This document shows positions 1-8,142 of a stretch of 44,602 nt of DNA, one piece after another. The notes under the pieces are model-generated. The model saw nothing but the letters and a program-made list of their open reading frames with translations. It was not told the DNA's origin and made no database searches. This DNA is from a virus (Duplodnaviria; Caudoviricetes), in the IMG/VR virus record IMGVR_UViG_3300036987_000539, positions 1 through 44,602 of that record, one strand, 5' to 3'. A program made the translations under genes and the position numbers. Every line of letters starts with the position of its first letter. The first letter of the stretch is position 1.

Positions 1-1131
1 TTAAGCCATTTCATCGGTGTCTGTTGATACTTTGTTGATAGCGGGTGCAAGTACATTGACCGCCCCTAAAGCGTCCTGTGATGTGGCGTGCGCGTAGCGA
101 TCCAACATGCGGGTGGTGCTCCAGCGCATGACCTTGCGGATGATGGACGGGGCGATGTTATTGCCGATGGCCAGCGCCGTGGCAGTGGTGTGGCGGCAGG
201 AATACGGCGGCAATTTACGGCACTGGCAGCGCTCCAGCGCGTCATAGTATGCGGTGTAGAAGTTATCCTTGTTCATGCTGAGCAGCTTGACACCCTTGCT
301 GTACTCCAGCAGCGAGGCAACAATCGGCAACATGAAATCCGCAATCACGATATCTGACTTCTTGCGCTCGTGGGTTTTGATACCCGCGCCGATGATCCGC
401 TGCCCATCCAGATCGACCATGGCCTTACGCGCGCCCAGCAGTTCGCCAGGCATCATGCCGGAATAGATCATCAGCAGGATGTACCCCACAAAGGTATCGC
501 CGTCGCTGTAGGCCGTCCAGAGCCGCACAAGCTCATCATTGGAAAAGGGCGTTTGCTCGGTTTCCTGCTTGTCCGGCAGGACAATGTAGGAGGGCAGCGC
601 GCCATTGGCCACCTGATCCGCACCGGCGAGCTTATACAGGTGCATGAGCACGGTTTTGATATCGCGTGCGGTGTAGAAGCTGGTGGCGCTTTCGGCCACG
701 GCGTTGCGTAGATCGCTGATATCGAGCTTGGCGATATCGCGGTGCACCAGCTTACCCAGCTTGCGGTAGGCAATACGGTAGGCGGTCTGCTTCGATTGCG
801 AGAGCTTGGGCAGGTTATCGCGCTCCCAAATGTCCCAATACTCCGCCAGCGTTTTGCGGGTTTGCTTATCGCCGCGCAACGCGGGCAGGTGGTCCATCGC
901 TTCGCGCTTGGTGGCAAAGCCGCCTTTGGTGGTGGAAATGGGCAACAGCTTGCCATCATCAGCACGCCAGCCGAGGATCACCTTCGCAGTCCAAGTACGG
1001 CCACGCTTATAGACGGTGCCTAGGCCGTTGCCACGCAGGCGCTTCTGGCGTTTGGTTTCCTGCGCGGTACCGCACCAGTTGCAAAAGGCGGAACCTTCGG
1101 GAATGGGTTTGAGGCATTTCTTACATTCCAC
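1..1131 (-). CDS. int: Phage tyrosine integrase with N-terminal zinc-ribbon (CxxC...CxxC) and arm-binding segment
   Basis: RGNGLGTVYKRG arm motif; YSCRHT and RYAH (catalytic Tyr) motifs; box I reads SGMMPGELL. Confidence 0.9.
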   Translation of the reverse strand: MECKKCLKPIPEGSAFCNWCGTAQETKRQKRLRGNGLGTVYKRGRTWTAKVILGWRADDGKLLPISTTKGGFATKREAMDHLPALRGDKQTRKTLAEYWDIWERDNLPKLSQSKQTAYRIAYRKLGKLVHRDIAKLDISDLRNAVAESATSFYTARDIKTVLMHLYKLAGADQVANGALPSYIVLPDKQETEQTPFSNDELVRLWTAYSDGDTFVGYILLMIYSGMMPGELLGARKAMVDLDGQRIIGAGIKTHERKKSDIVIADFMLPIVASLLEYSKGVKLLSMNKDNFYTAYYDALERCQCRKLPPYSCRHTTATALAIGNNIAPSIIRKVMRWSTTRMLDRYAHATSQDALGAVNVLAPAINKVSTDTDEMA

Positions 1132-1234
1132 GATTGTCTACACCAACCTCAATGTTTACCTTCACTATCATACACGAAAACATTATGGGAATACTCATCA
1201 TTCAAAAGAACCAAACGAATCCCACCTTAAGCCC

Positions 1235-1364
1235 TGTACAGGCACTTTGCGGTAGGCGTCGCGGGCGGCAAGGCTTCGGACTGGGTATCGTCGCAAAGTT
1301 CCTAACCTTTGTAGCGGGTCACGTAGCGGCCATCAGGGCGGCGTTTCAGGGTTGCACTTGGCAT
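1235..1364 (-). pseudogene. Decayed 5' end of a different integrase type
   Basis: Translates MPSATLKRRPDGRYVTRYKG*ELCDDTQSEAL, then ARDAYRK after a frameshift; resembles the KRxDGRY...TQxEA N-termini of clostridial phage integrases. Confidence 0.6.
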
Positions 1365-1417
1365 GTGGCTTTCATTTCAAACAATGTGTGGGCAGTTAAG
1401 TATAGTCACATATGATA

Positions 1418-1585
1418 TTGTCCGTCAAGGAGCACCTTCGCGGTTCAAGTGCGGCTATGCTTGTAAACGGTACTCAGGCTGTTGCCGAACAGACGTTTTT
1501 AGCGTTTGACTTCCTGTGCTGTACCACACCAGTTGCTGAAGGCGGAACCTTCGGGTATGGATATATGGCATCTTATACATGTCAA
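1418..1585 (-). pseudogene. Degenerate duplicate of the first ~56 codons of the resident integrase
   Basis: MTCIRCHISIPEGSAFSNWCGTAQEVKR*KRLFGNSLSTVYKHSRT*TAKVLL aligns without gaps to MECKKCLKPIPEGSAFCNWCGTAQETKRQKRLRGNGLGTVYKRGRTWTAKVIL; two in-frame stops. Confidence 0.92.
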
Positions 1586-1633
1586 AAGGTTGAGTTCACC
1601 TGCGTTCGAAATTTCTTTTTGCAATGCTATAGC

Positions 1634-4192
1634 CTATCTAGATGATACGTCAATATCATCACTTAACATATCGAAGTCGAGAGTATGATCAATCATGCCA
1701 TGTGGTGTTCCTCGAGAGGCAAGTAGGAACTCAATTGCCGTGATATCATCATTCTTCATATCATTCCGATATATGTTGATGAAATTACGGCAGATTGATG
1801 TGGAATAATCATCGCGAACGCTATACAAAAGAGATTTCATCAATTCAGAAATGTATTGGACTTCATCTTCTGAAAGCCTAATCTTTGAAGTATTACTATA
1901 ACGAAGCATCATGTCGATATAAGTATGTACTGAGTAAGAGAAATATCTATGAGGAGCTTCGTTTATTAACACCATCATTTTTTCTTTACCTTGATCAAAT
2001 ATGAAGGATGCTTGTGATTCATGATTATGAAGCTCCCAGATGCCCCATTCCATGTAATTTTTTGCCTCTGAATGCTGGATTTGATACGATGGACGTCCTC
2101 TTACTCTTGCTGCTTCACGAAATGCGTTGTTCGCTTCCTCAAAGTACTCGAGATCACGATTGATTATTCCAAATTGTATCCAAAAATAGCTAAGGTGCTT
2201 ATTTAATGGTTTGACTTGATTCATGAGTTGCAAGACTTGGTGCTTCGATAAGCCAACATCAAGTAATACTTTAACCTTAAGCAGCTTCTGATACAAATCA
2301 CTCCGAACCGAAACCTCTTGATCCTGTAGGTTTTTACCAACTATTTGTGCGCTATTTGCAAGAATCATCAGTATGGAACCTATTCCAACTTCGTTGGATA
2401 ATACCTTGTTTAAAAGTCTACTGCATCGTATGCGAATACTACCATCTTGAATACGGATTACATCACAGTATTCCTGTTGGAAGGTGGCGAAATCAAAATG
2501 CGTAGATATGCCTTGGGATATCTCCGAAAACAAAACAACAGGCATTCTATCCAGATGAATTTGTGAGAAGAATGATAATAATGTGAATGCATCTTGATAT
2601 ATACCTTTGGATCGAGTCTTGAGCCATTCAGCATAATAATGGTAAAACCCACGACCCTCCTGGGACACATATAGAACATCTACAATATCATTGAGAGAAT
2701 GTATATGTTTGGCAATATCTTGGCGCGATGACCCATATGCGCTGAGCTTATTCAAATGATTCTTTTGAGATAATTTTTGATATATGTTATTCGCATACCT
2801 GTGACTAATTTTTTCGGTAACATAATATTCGCTCCACTGAGGAATATTGTCGAAAAGATACTTCTTCACATTATGATCGGATGTATTTGCAGTCGTAACC
2901 ACAACGAGTTTTTGAACATTTGGTGAACATGACTTTGTGATGTTCCGTATTCCATCATATAGAATTGAGCAATTCTCTAATAGAATAGCAACTCTGCTAT
3001 CCTTATTAACAGATGATAAATAGTCCTCGATGATTCGCAAGTATGTAGGTGCGTTTAATGATAAATCTAGTTTTAACTCACAGGCTTGGTAACCCTCATT
3101 CAAAAAATCTACTAATAATCTCATTGCGATGCAGCTTTTCCCAACATATGGGTTTCCATATAATGAAACGATTGATATCCTTTTACTCTGAATCTGCTTA
3201 TGAACTTGATCAGATAAATCAGGGTATCGGATATCCCAGTCCCCAAAAATATCATGATATCGTGGGATTTCACCCAAATATAGGTTCGCAACATCAGACA
3301 TATTACCAAGTTGCTCACGTTTCTTCTCATCAAGAAATACCATGCCATAGTCTCGGAATCTTTTTCTCTGCTCTCCAACGTTGATTACATTTTTCTCGAT
3401 GAAATCGAAGAACTCTTGGGCAGTGAATTCAATATGATGCATATTACTTGTTGTTTCAATTTTTCTCCTTAATGATCGATTGCTAATCTTTGGTGTCACA
3501 AAGAAGTAATTGAGATCTTTTGTTACCCCTGTCATGCCGCGAAACTTCTCTAGGATAAGGCGTAAATCATCTTCTTGAAACTCAGATCCAATTATGATAA
3601 CATCACGCATTAAGTACTCTGTTCCGAAAAGCGTTAACAACCAATTACTACTTGCCATAAACTTCGTATACTCATCACTGTCAAAGACGAACCCTTTTTG
3701 CGGTTCAGTAACAGAGCCATGCAACTTGAGTAAAACTGGCGAACCGTTGTCGGCTTGTGTATATCCACCATTGATTTGAACAGAGATCTTTTTCGAACCG
3801 TAAATGTTCTCAACCAAGTCATCAATATTCAAAGAAAAGATATAGCTCCAAGGGTATTTCTTAATTTTATGATGAAAGGAATCCTTTGGGCAATGGCATC
3901 CTGACATTCGTTTGATTAATAGAACATCTCTTTCTTTAACAAGGCTTTCGTCATAAATATCTACACAGACTTGCCTTAGGTCGTCACGATGTTTTCTTAA
4001 TTCCTCCAGTTCACCCGCATCTATACTGGCCTTTGATAAAATTTTATCAAACAATTCGCGAGCCAATTCTTTCCCAATAAGGATGGGTCTGTTTTCCCCA
4101 TCCTGAGCTCCACAAGAAAACCCAGCGCCTAGTAATAGAATCGGAGATTTGTCTCTTAGTACATCGATAAGACACCTTTCTGAATCCAGCAT
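1634..4192 (-). CDS. SIR2-like domain + P-loop (STAND-like) NTPase + TPR-like C-terminus; putative anti-phage protein (Avs/AVAST-like)
   Basis: LLLGAGFS, SLNIDDLVE, LLKLHGSV (SIR2_2 motifs); Walker A GNPYVGKS; helical C-terminus FWIQFGI...EEANNAFREA; AT-rich; GGAGG RBS before ATG 4192. Confidence 0.82.
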   Translation of the reverse strand: MLDSERCLIDVLRDKSPILLLGAGFSCGAQDGENRPILIGKELARELFDKILSKASIDAGELEELRKHRDDLRQVCVDIYDESLVKERDVLLIKRMSGCHCPKDSFHHKIKKYPWSYIFSLNIDDLVENIYGSKKISVQINGGYTQADNGSPVLLKLHGSVTEPQKGFVFDSDEYTKFMASSNWLLTLFGTEYLMRDVIIIGSEFQEDDLRLILEKFRGMTGVTKDLNYFFVTPKISNRSLRRKIETTSNMHHIEFTAQEFFDFIEKNVINVGEQRKRFRDYGMVFLDEKKREQLGNMSDVANLYLGEIPRYHDIFGDWDIRYPDLSDQVHKQIQSKRISIVSLYGNPYVGKSCIAMRLLVDFLNEGYQACELKLDLSLNAPTYLRIIEDYLSSVNKDSRVAILLENCSILYDGIRNITKSCSPNVQKLVVVTTANTSDHNVKKYLFDNIPQWSEYYVTEKISHRYANNIYQKLSQKNHLNKLSAYGSSRQDIAKHIHSLNDIVDVLYVSQEGRGFYHYYAEWLKTRSKGIYQDAFTLLSFFSQIHLDRMPVVLFSEISQGISTHFDFATFQQEYCDVIRIQDGSIRIRCSRLLNKVLSNEVGIGSILMILANSAQIVGKNLQDQEVSVRSDLYQKLLKVKVLLDVGLSKHQVLQLMNQVKPLNKHLSYFWIQFGIINRDLEYFEEANNAFREAARVRGRPSYQIQHSEAKNYMEWGIWELHNHESQASFIFDQGKEKMMVLINEAPHRYFSYSVHTYIDMMLRYSNTSKIRLSEDEVQYISELMKSLLYSVRDDYSTSICRNFINIYRNDMKNDDITAIEFLLASRGTPHGMIDHTLDFDMLSDDIDVSSR

Positions 4193-4479
4193 ATAAGCCT
4201 CCAAAAGCATTTATATTTCAAGCAATATAATCAAATTATGTAATAATGATACCAATATGCTATATACCTTGATTGGTTGACCTTTATCAATCAAACAAGC
4301 AAAATGCAAAAATGACTAGATATGAACTATACATTATGTTCATTATTGACACGAGTAGATGATCCCAATATTTAACTCCACCATTATTAAGCCAAATATG
4401 TAATATAATATCATAGATGAAATCTTTTGTATATCCCTATATATAGGCACAAATAGAAGAAAACACCCACATCTTGAAC

Positions 4480-4536
4480 TTGACACCGTTCGCCGAACAC
4501 TGTATGATAAGCAAGTCTAACAGGAACGTTCGTTCC
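4480..4536 (+). promoter_or_regulatory. SigA promoter followed by a Firmicutes LexA (Cheo) box
   Basis: TTGACA(4480)-17bp-TATGAT(4503); gGAACgttcGTTCc at 4523-4536. Confidence 0.8.
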
Positions 4537-4553
4537 AATCGGGAGGGGTGCCA

Positions 4554-4664
4554 ATGGAAGATATCAAGCAGACCATCACGGATATGCTGGCAGACATCCA
4601 AGACCCAAAGGCACTCACCTACATATATCAGGTGGTCAAAGCCCTGTACCTGAAGGAAAAATGA
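4554..4664 (+). CDS. 36-aa micro-protein, putative SOS-induced antirepressor
   Basis: MEDIKQTITDMLADIQDPKALTYIYQVVKALYLKEK; GGGAGGGG RBS; paralog at 22260-22382; convergent with cI. Confidence 0.75.
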   Translation: MEDIKQTITDMLADIQDPKALTYIYQVVKALYLKEK

Positions 4665-4686
4665 GCCGTGAAAAGCGGCTCATTTT
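4657..4686. terminator. Bidirectional intrinsic terminator between micro-ORF and cI
   Basis: aaaatgagccg-tgaaaag-cggctcatttt hairpin with A/T tails on both sides. Confidence 0.75.
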
Positions 4687-5064
4687 CTACTCAGTCGTAT
4701 CAGTATCGAGTATTACCTCTTCCATGAAATTGCGTAGCATACGCCATTCGTTGGGGCCAAGGCGGGCGAATGCGCGGAACAAGCTTTTTGCAAACTCATC
4801 GTCGCCAGTCATGATGTTGGTAAGGGCGGCAACATCTGATTCTTCAGCTGTTACAGCCATTGACCCCTTGCCGGTCTTTAACCATTCATAATTCACAGCG
4901 AACTCAAATGCAATTGCCCGAATCATCGGTTCGGGCGGTTGCACCTTGTTATATTCGAGGTTTGCAATCACGCTTTTACTCACCCCAAGTCGGTCGCCAA
5001 ACTTTGATAGCGACAGTTTTGAGTGTTCACGTACCATGCGAACGCGCTCATGCAACTCTGACAA
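4687..5064 (-). CDS. CI-like XRE HTH repressor lacking an S24 autopeptidase domain
   Basis: RVRMVREHSKLSLSKFGDRLGVSKSVIANLE HTH; VNYEWLKTGKGSM; TTG start after GAGGTG; divergent from lytic genes. Confidence 0.85.
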   Translation of the reverse strand: MSELHERVRMVREHSKLSLSKFGDRLGVSKSVIANLEYNKVQPPEPMIRAIAFEFAVNYEWLKTGKGSMAVTAEESDVAALTNIMTGDDEFAKSLFRAFARLGPNEWRMLRNFMEEVILDTDTTE

Positions 5065-5083
5065 AGATATCACCTCATTTTGC

Positions 5084-5163
5084 AGTATATCAAACGGTGC
5101 GTAATTGGTCAACAACATTTCTTGAAAGAACGTACTTGTCATACAACATTATCATGCTATACT
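5084..5163. promoter_or_regulatory. Divergent lysogenic/lytic promoters
   Basis: Leftward TTGACC-17-TATACT; rightward TTGTCA-16-TATACT with extended TG. Confidence 0.6.
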
Positions 5164-5231
5164 GTGCTTGTACAATTACGATTCGGGTCGAGAAGGGAGG
5201 TAGGAACTAGTGGAACCAATGAAGCCCCGTT

Positions 5232-5876
5232 TTAATCGTCACCCCCCAAAGCAGCAGCGTGCTCAAGAGGTTTTACGTCATCAGCGACATATCCCAAGCG
5301 CGCTCGAACTGGAATTCGAACACGCCGCCCACCATATAAGTACAGATCAAATTCCAGAGTCCGTTGATCGTCGCTATCTGCTTTATGATCTTCCTGTTTT
5401 ACGGGTGTTCGCGTGTGTGGATATCCCTCTAGGGTATCATCCTTCGGAAGATGAAGTGATTGCACAAGTTCAACTGGTACCGGGAAAAAAACAAGAATAT
5501 CTCTTGATTCCTGTGGAGATAGATTGATCGGGAGGGTTGTAGTCCACCAACGTGCATTTCCATCCTTGCTGCCGAATCCCAAGTATAGCCATTTACGTCG
5601 ATAGCATTGAAAGCGATGTTCGGCATCAGGTGCGAAATCAATGGATGTAACAGATACAGGTCTATGTGACCCATTTCTTAAGCAGAATCGAATGTATACA
5701 GAAATACATAAAACGCCATTTTGTAAACGCTCTGCATCAAGCGATGTGTAGACAGCATCGGATATCTTGTACGATAACGCATTTCGATATAAGTCACGTA
5801 TGAAAAGAAACAGGGATATGAAGAAGCCTAAAACCCCCGCGACAGATGCGACTATCTCCACAACGCCCAACATCAT
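5232..5876 (-). CDS. Moron: N-terminally anchored membrane protein of unknown function
   Basis: TM helix VEIVASVAGVLGFFISLFLFI then beta-rich domain; lower GC; antisense to lytic operon. Confidence 0.7.
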   Translation of the reverse strand: MMLGVVEIVASVAGVLGFFISLFLFIRDLYRNALSYKISDAVYTSLDAERLQNGVLCISVYIRFCLRNGSHRPVSVTSIDFAPDAEHRFQCYRRKWLYLGFGSKDGNARWWTTTLPINLSPQESRDILVFFPVPVELVQSLHLPKDDTLEGYPHTRTPVKQEDHKADSDDQRTLEFDLYLYGGRRVRIPVRARLGYVADDVKPLEHAAALGGDD

Positions 5877-5947
5877 GAACGCCCCCATCCCTACCATTGT
5901 TTAGCAATTTTACCACATATAGATTACTTAATCAACGGAGGTACCCC

Positions 5948-6121
5948 ATGCAAACCACCCCGACCCCCACCCCACCCGAACCCAAGCAGGAGCCCCTCAA
6001 AACCGAGGAGCAGCGCAAGGTGAACGAGCTCTTTGCGCAGATGAACCCCGTCCAGCGCATGAACACGCTTGCGTGGATGATGGGGCTTCTGGCCGCAAGG
6101 GTGCAATGGCCTAACGCATAA
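5948..6121 (+). CDS. Small early protein (Cro position)
   Basis: GGAGGT RBS; phage-like codon usage. Confidence 0.6.
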   Translation: MQTTPTPTPPEPKQEPLKTEEQRKVNELFAQMNPVQRMNTLAWMMGLLAARVQWPNA

Positions 6122-6150
6122 CGGGCTTCATGCCTGAAGGAGGATAGCCG

Positions 6151-6420
6151 ATGAACAAAACCCTGCCCCCCACCCTGGACGAGCTGGCTGCTCTGCGCCG
6201 CGAGTATCTGAAAACCAGCGAGGTAGCCGCCGTGCTGGGCGTGACCCTGTACGCGCCGGTGATCATGGCCCGTCACAAGCAGTTTCCCTTCGATGTGCCC
6301 TTCAGCGGTAACCGCCCAAAGTTTCCCAAGCGCAAGTTTTTGGAATACATGGGCTGGAAACCACAGGCCAGCGGTGGGGTGTCCGATCAAAACCCGCCCC
6401 CTTTCACGCCCGACCCCTGA
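6151..6420 (+). CDS. Excisionase-like small DNA-binding protein
   Basis: YLKTSEVAAVLGV...GNRPKFPKRKFLEYM wHTH-like pattern; AGGAGG RBS. Confidence 0.65.
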   Translation: MNKTLPPTLDELAALRREYLKTSEVAAVLGVTLYAPVIMARHKQFPFDVPFSGNRPKFPKRKFLEYMGWKPQASGGVSDQNPPPFTPDP

Positions 6421-6457
6421 CCCACCCTGATAATACCAGAACCGGAGGCGGAGCAAC

Positions 6458-6913
6458 GTGTCAGAATTCACCAATTTGGACTTGAAAAAAGCCCGTGAAT
6501 CGCTAAAAATGCCGCGCTGGAAGCTGGCAGCCCTCGTGAGCGTGAGCGAAAGCACGCTGGAGCGGTGGGAAACCGGCGAGACCCTGCCCCACCCCGACGA
6601 GGTGGACCGGATCGCCGACGCGCTGGGCGACCCGCTGATCTGGCACCGCTGGATGCTGTCCAACTACGACAGCTACCGCCGCCGCTATATCGGCTCAGAC
6701 GACTATAGCCTGCCTGTGATGGCCATGAAGCTGCGCCACGAAATGGACGATGTGCGCGCCTTGCAGGACGCGCTGGAGCGCGACGCGGTGGACGGGCGCG
6801 TGGATGACCAGCAGTTGCTGGGCCGCTCGGTGGCGGAGCTCAAGCAGATGATTCAGGCGGGCGCGGAACTGCTGCAACGCCTGACCATGCAACTCAAGGA
6901 GGGCGGATCATGA
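6458..6913 (+). CDS. XRE HTH regulator with CII-like helical C-terminus
   Basis: LKKARESLKMPRWKLAALVSVSESTLERWETG. Confidence 0.75.
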   Translation: MSEFTNLDLKKARESLKMPRWKLAALVSVSESTLERWETGETLPHPDEVDRIADALGDPLIWHRWMLSNYDSYRRRYIGSDDYSLPVMAMKLRHEMDDVRALQDALERDAVDGRVDDQQLLGRSVAELKQMIQAGAELLQRLTMQLKEGGS

Positions 6914-7200
6914 TGAACCATTACCCCACTTCCTTTACATCAATGGCCGCTACACAACCCCTGCCCCAACCCGCTGTTGCTAACCCCACCTCCAGCCAGC
7001 TCTATCGCGCCCAACACAACCTCACCTTGCAGCAGCGGCATACCGAAACCGCCCTGCGCACCGTGAGCAAGCGCGCCGCCCAAACCGAACAAGCCCTGCA
7101 AAGGCATGTGAAGCGGCTGGAATGGATGCTGTGCGCGGCGTTTGCGATGCTGTGCCTGCTGATGATCACCGTGGGCCTGATCTGGAGGCGGCTGCCATGA
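6910..7200 (+). CDS. Hypothetical protein with C-terminal TM helix
   Basis: ATGA overlap with upstream gene; hydrophobic C-terminus. Confidence 0.6.
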   Translation: MMNHYPTSFTSMAATQPLPQPAVANPTSSQLYRAQHNLTLQQRHTETALRTVSKRAAQTEQALQRHVKRLEWMLCAAFAMLCLLMITVGLIWRRLP

Positions 7201-7406
7201 CGCACGATTTCGCCCCCACCCGCGAGGCGACGGAAGCATCCCCCACCCCACCCGCCGCCTCCGCGCCGGAAAGCAGCCAGTGCGACACCTGCATCCACCA
7301 TCCCTACTGCGCCTGCCGTGGCAAAACCAGCCATTGCGGCAACTACATCCACAGGGCGACGCGCGTGATCGGCGGGCGGTTTGACCCGTTCAGGTTCAAA
7401 GCCTGA
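7197..7406 (+). CDS. Small Cys-rich hypothetical protein
   Basis: ATGA overlap, GGAGG RBS, CDTCIHHPYC...C motif; 3' end overlaps the tRNA-like element. Confidence 0.45.
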   Translation: MTHDFAPTREATEASPTPPAASAPESSQCDTCIHHPYCACRGKTSHCGNYIHRATRVIGGRFDPFRFKA

Positions 7407-7417
7407 CGTCGCCTCCA
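7355..7417 (+). ncRNA. D-armless tRNA-like element ending in U-CCA
   Basis: Acceptor GGCGACG/CGTCGCC, T-arm TCAGG-TTCAAAG-CCTGA, then TCCA; central hairpin gCGGG-8nt-CCCGt; no D-stem. Confidence 0.6.
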
Positions 7418-7722
7418 TGGCCGCAGGCCAAGCCTTGGTGCCAGAGCCAGGGCAACCCATACGCCGCAAGGCGGGAAGGGAGCAGCATGGATCAGCAGCA
7501 TACGCGCCGCCACACCAGCGCAACGGGCACCTAGCCAGCGCGCCCGATACCCACCCAACCAAAGCAAAACGAAAGGCTCTTGGGCGAAGGATGTGCCAAC
7601 CAGCGCCCCGCCCGCCGCAGAATGTGGCGGGCACAAGCGGGCAGGCAAAGACCATATCGGGGGCAGGCCCCGAGGCCCGCTGCCATGTGACCTGAACCAC
7701 TCGCCACAGAAAGGAGAACCCT

Positions 7723-8109
7723 ATGCCCCTCAAAGCAATCGACAGCCTGGACAACCTGATGGGCGGCGCGGCCAAGCAGCGCTTCCGCGACGCGCTAGAT
7801 CAGGTGCTCAAAAACGCCATCGACCCCAACACCAACGTGAAAACCAAACGGCAGATCACCATCACGCTTTCGGTCACGCCGGATGCGGAGCGCAAGACCA
7901 TCGGCCTGCACTTCGACGTGAAGCACAAGCTGGCTGCGCCGGAAGCCATCAGCAAAACCTGCCTGCTGGAGCGTGACGACAAGGGCCGCGTGATGGCCTT
8001 TGAAAGCGCGGATCAGCTGGCCGGACAGGTGGACATCGAAGACGTGGCCCAGCCCGCCATGACCGGCGCAACCGGCGCGAACGTGCTGCGCTTCGCGGGC
8101 CAGAAGTAA
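7723..8109 (+). CDS. Conserved phage early protein (often annotated replication-terminator-like)
   Basis: GGAAKQRF...NAIDPNT...KRQITITL...KLAA pattern; AAAGGAG RBS; usually paired with the next gene. Confidence 0.7.
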   Translation: MPLKAIDSLDNLMGGAAKQRFRDALDQVLKNAIDPNTNVKTKRQITITLSVTPDAERKTIGLHFDVKHKLAAPEAISKTCLLERDDKGRVMAFESADQLAGQVDIEDVAQPAMTGATGANVLRFAGQK

Positions 8110-8142
8110 CCGCCCACCCAAAACAGCAAGGAGGAACCCGCC

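Noticed and set aside
1488-1498. AACAGACGTTT match to the middle of the dif-like site
   Set aside because: Only 11 bp, lacks the outer arms, and is explained by the decayed integrase coding sequence
5210-5527. 105-aa plus-strand ORF with a good RBS as Cro
   Set aside because: No HTH; nearly all of it is antisense to the membrane moron, so it is probably a relic start running into inserted DNA
7418-7470. Theta/HDV-like ribozyme following the tRNA-like element
   Set aside because: Could not build the nested double pseudoknot by eye
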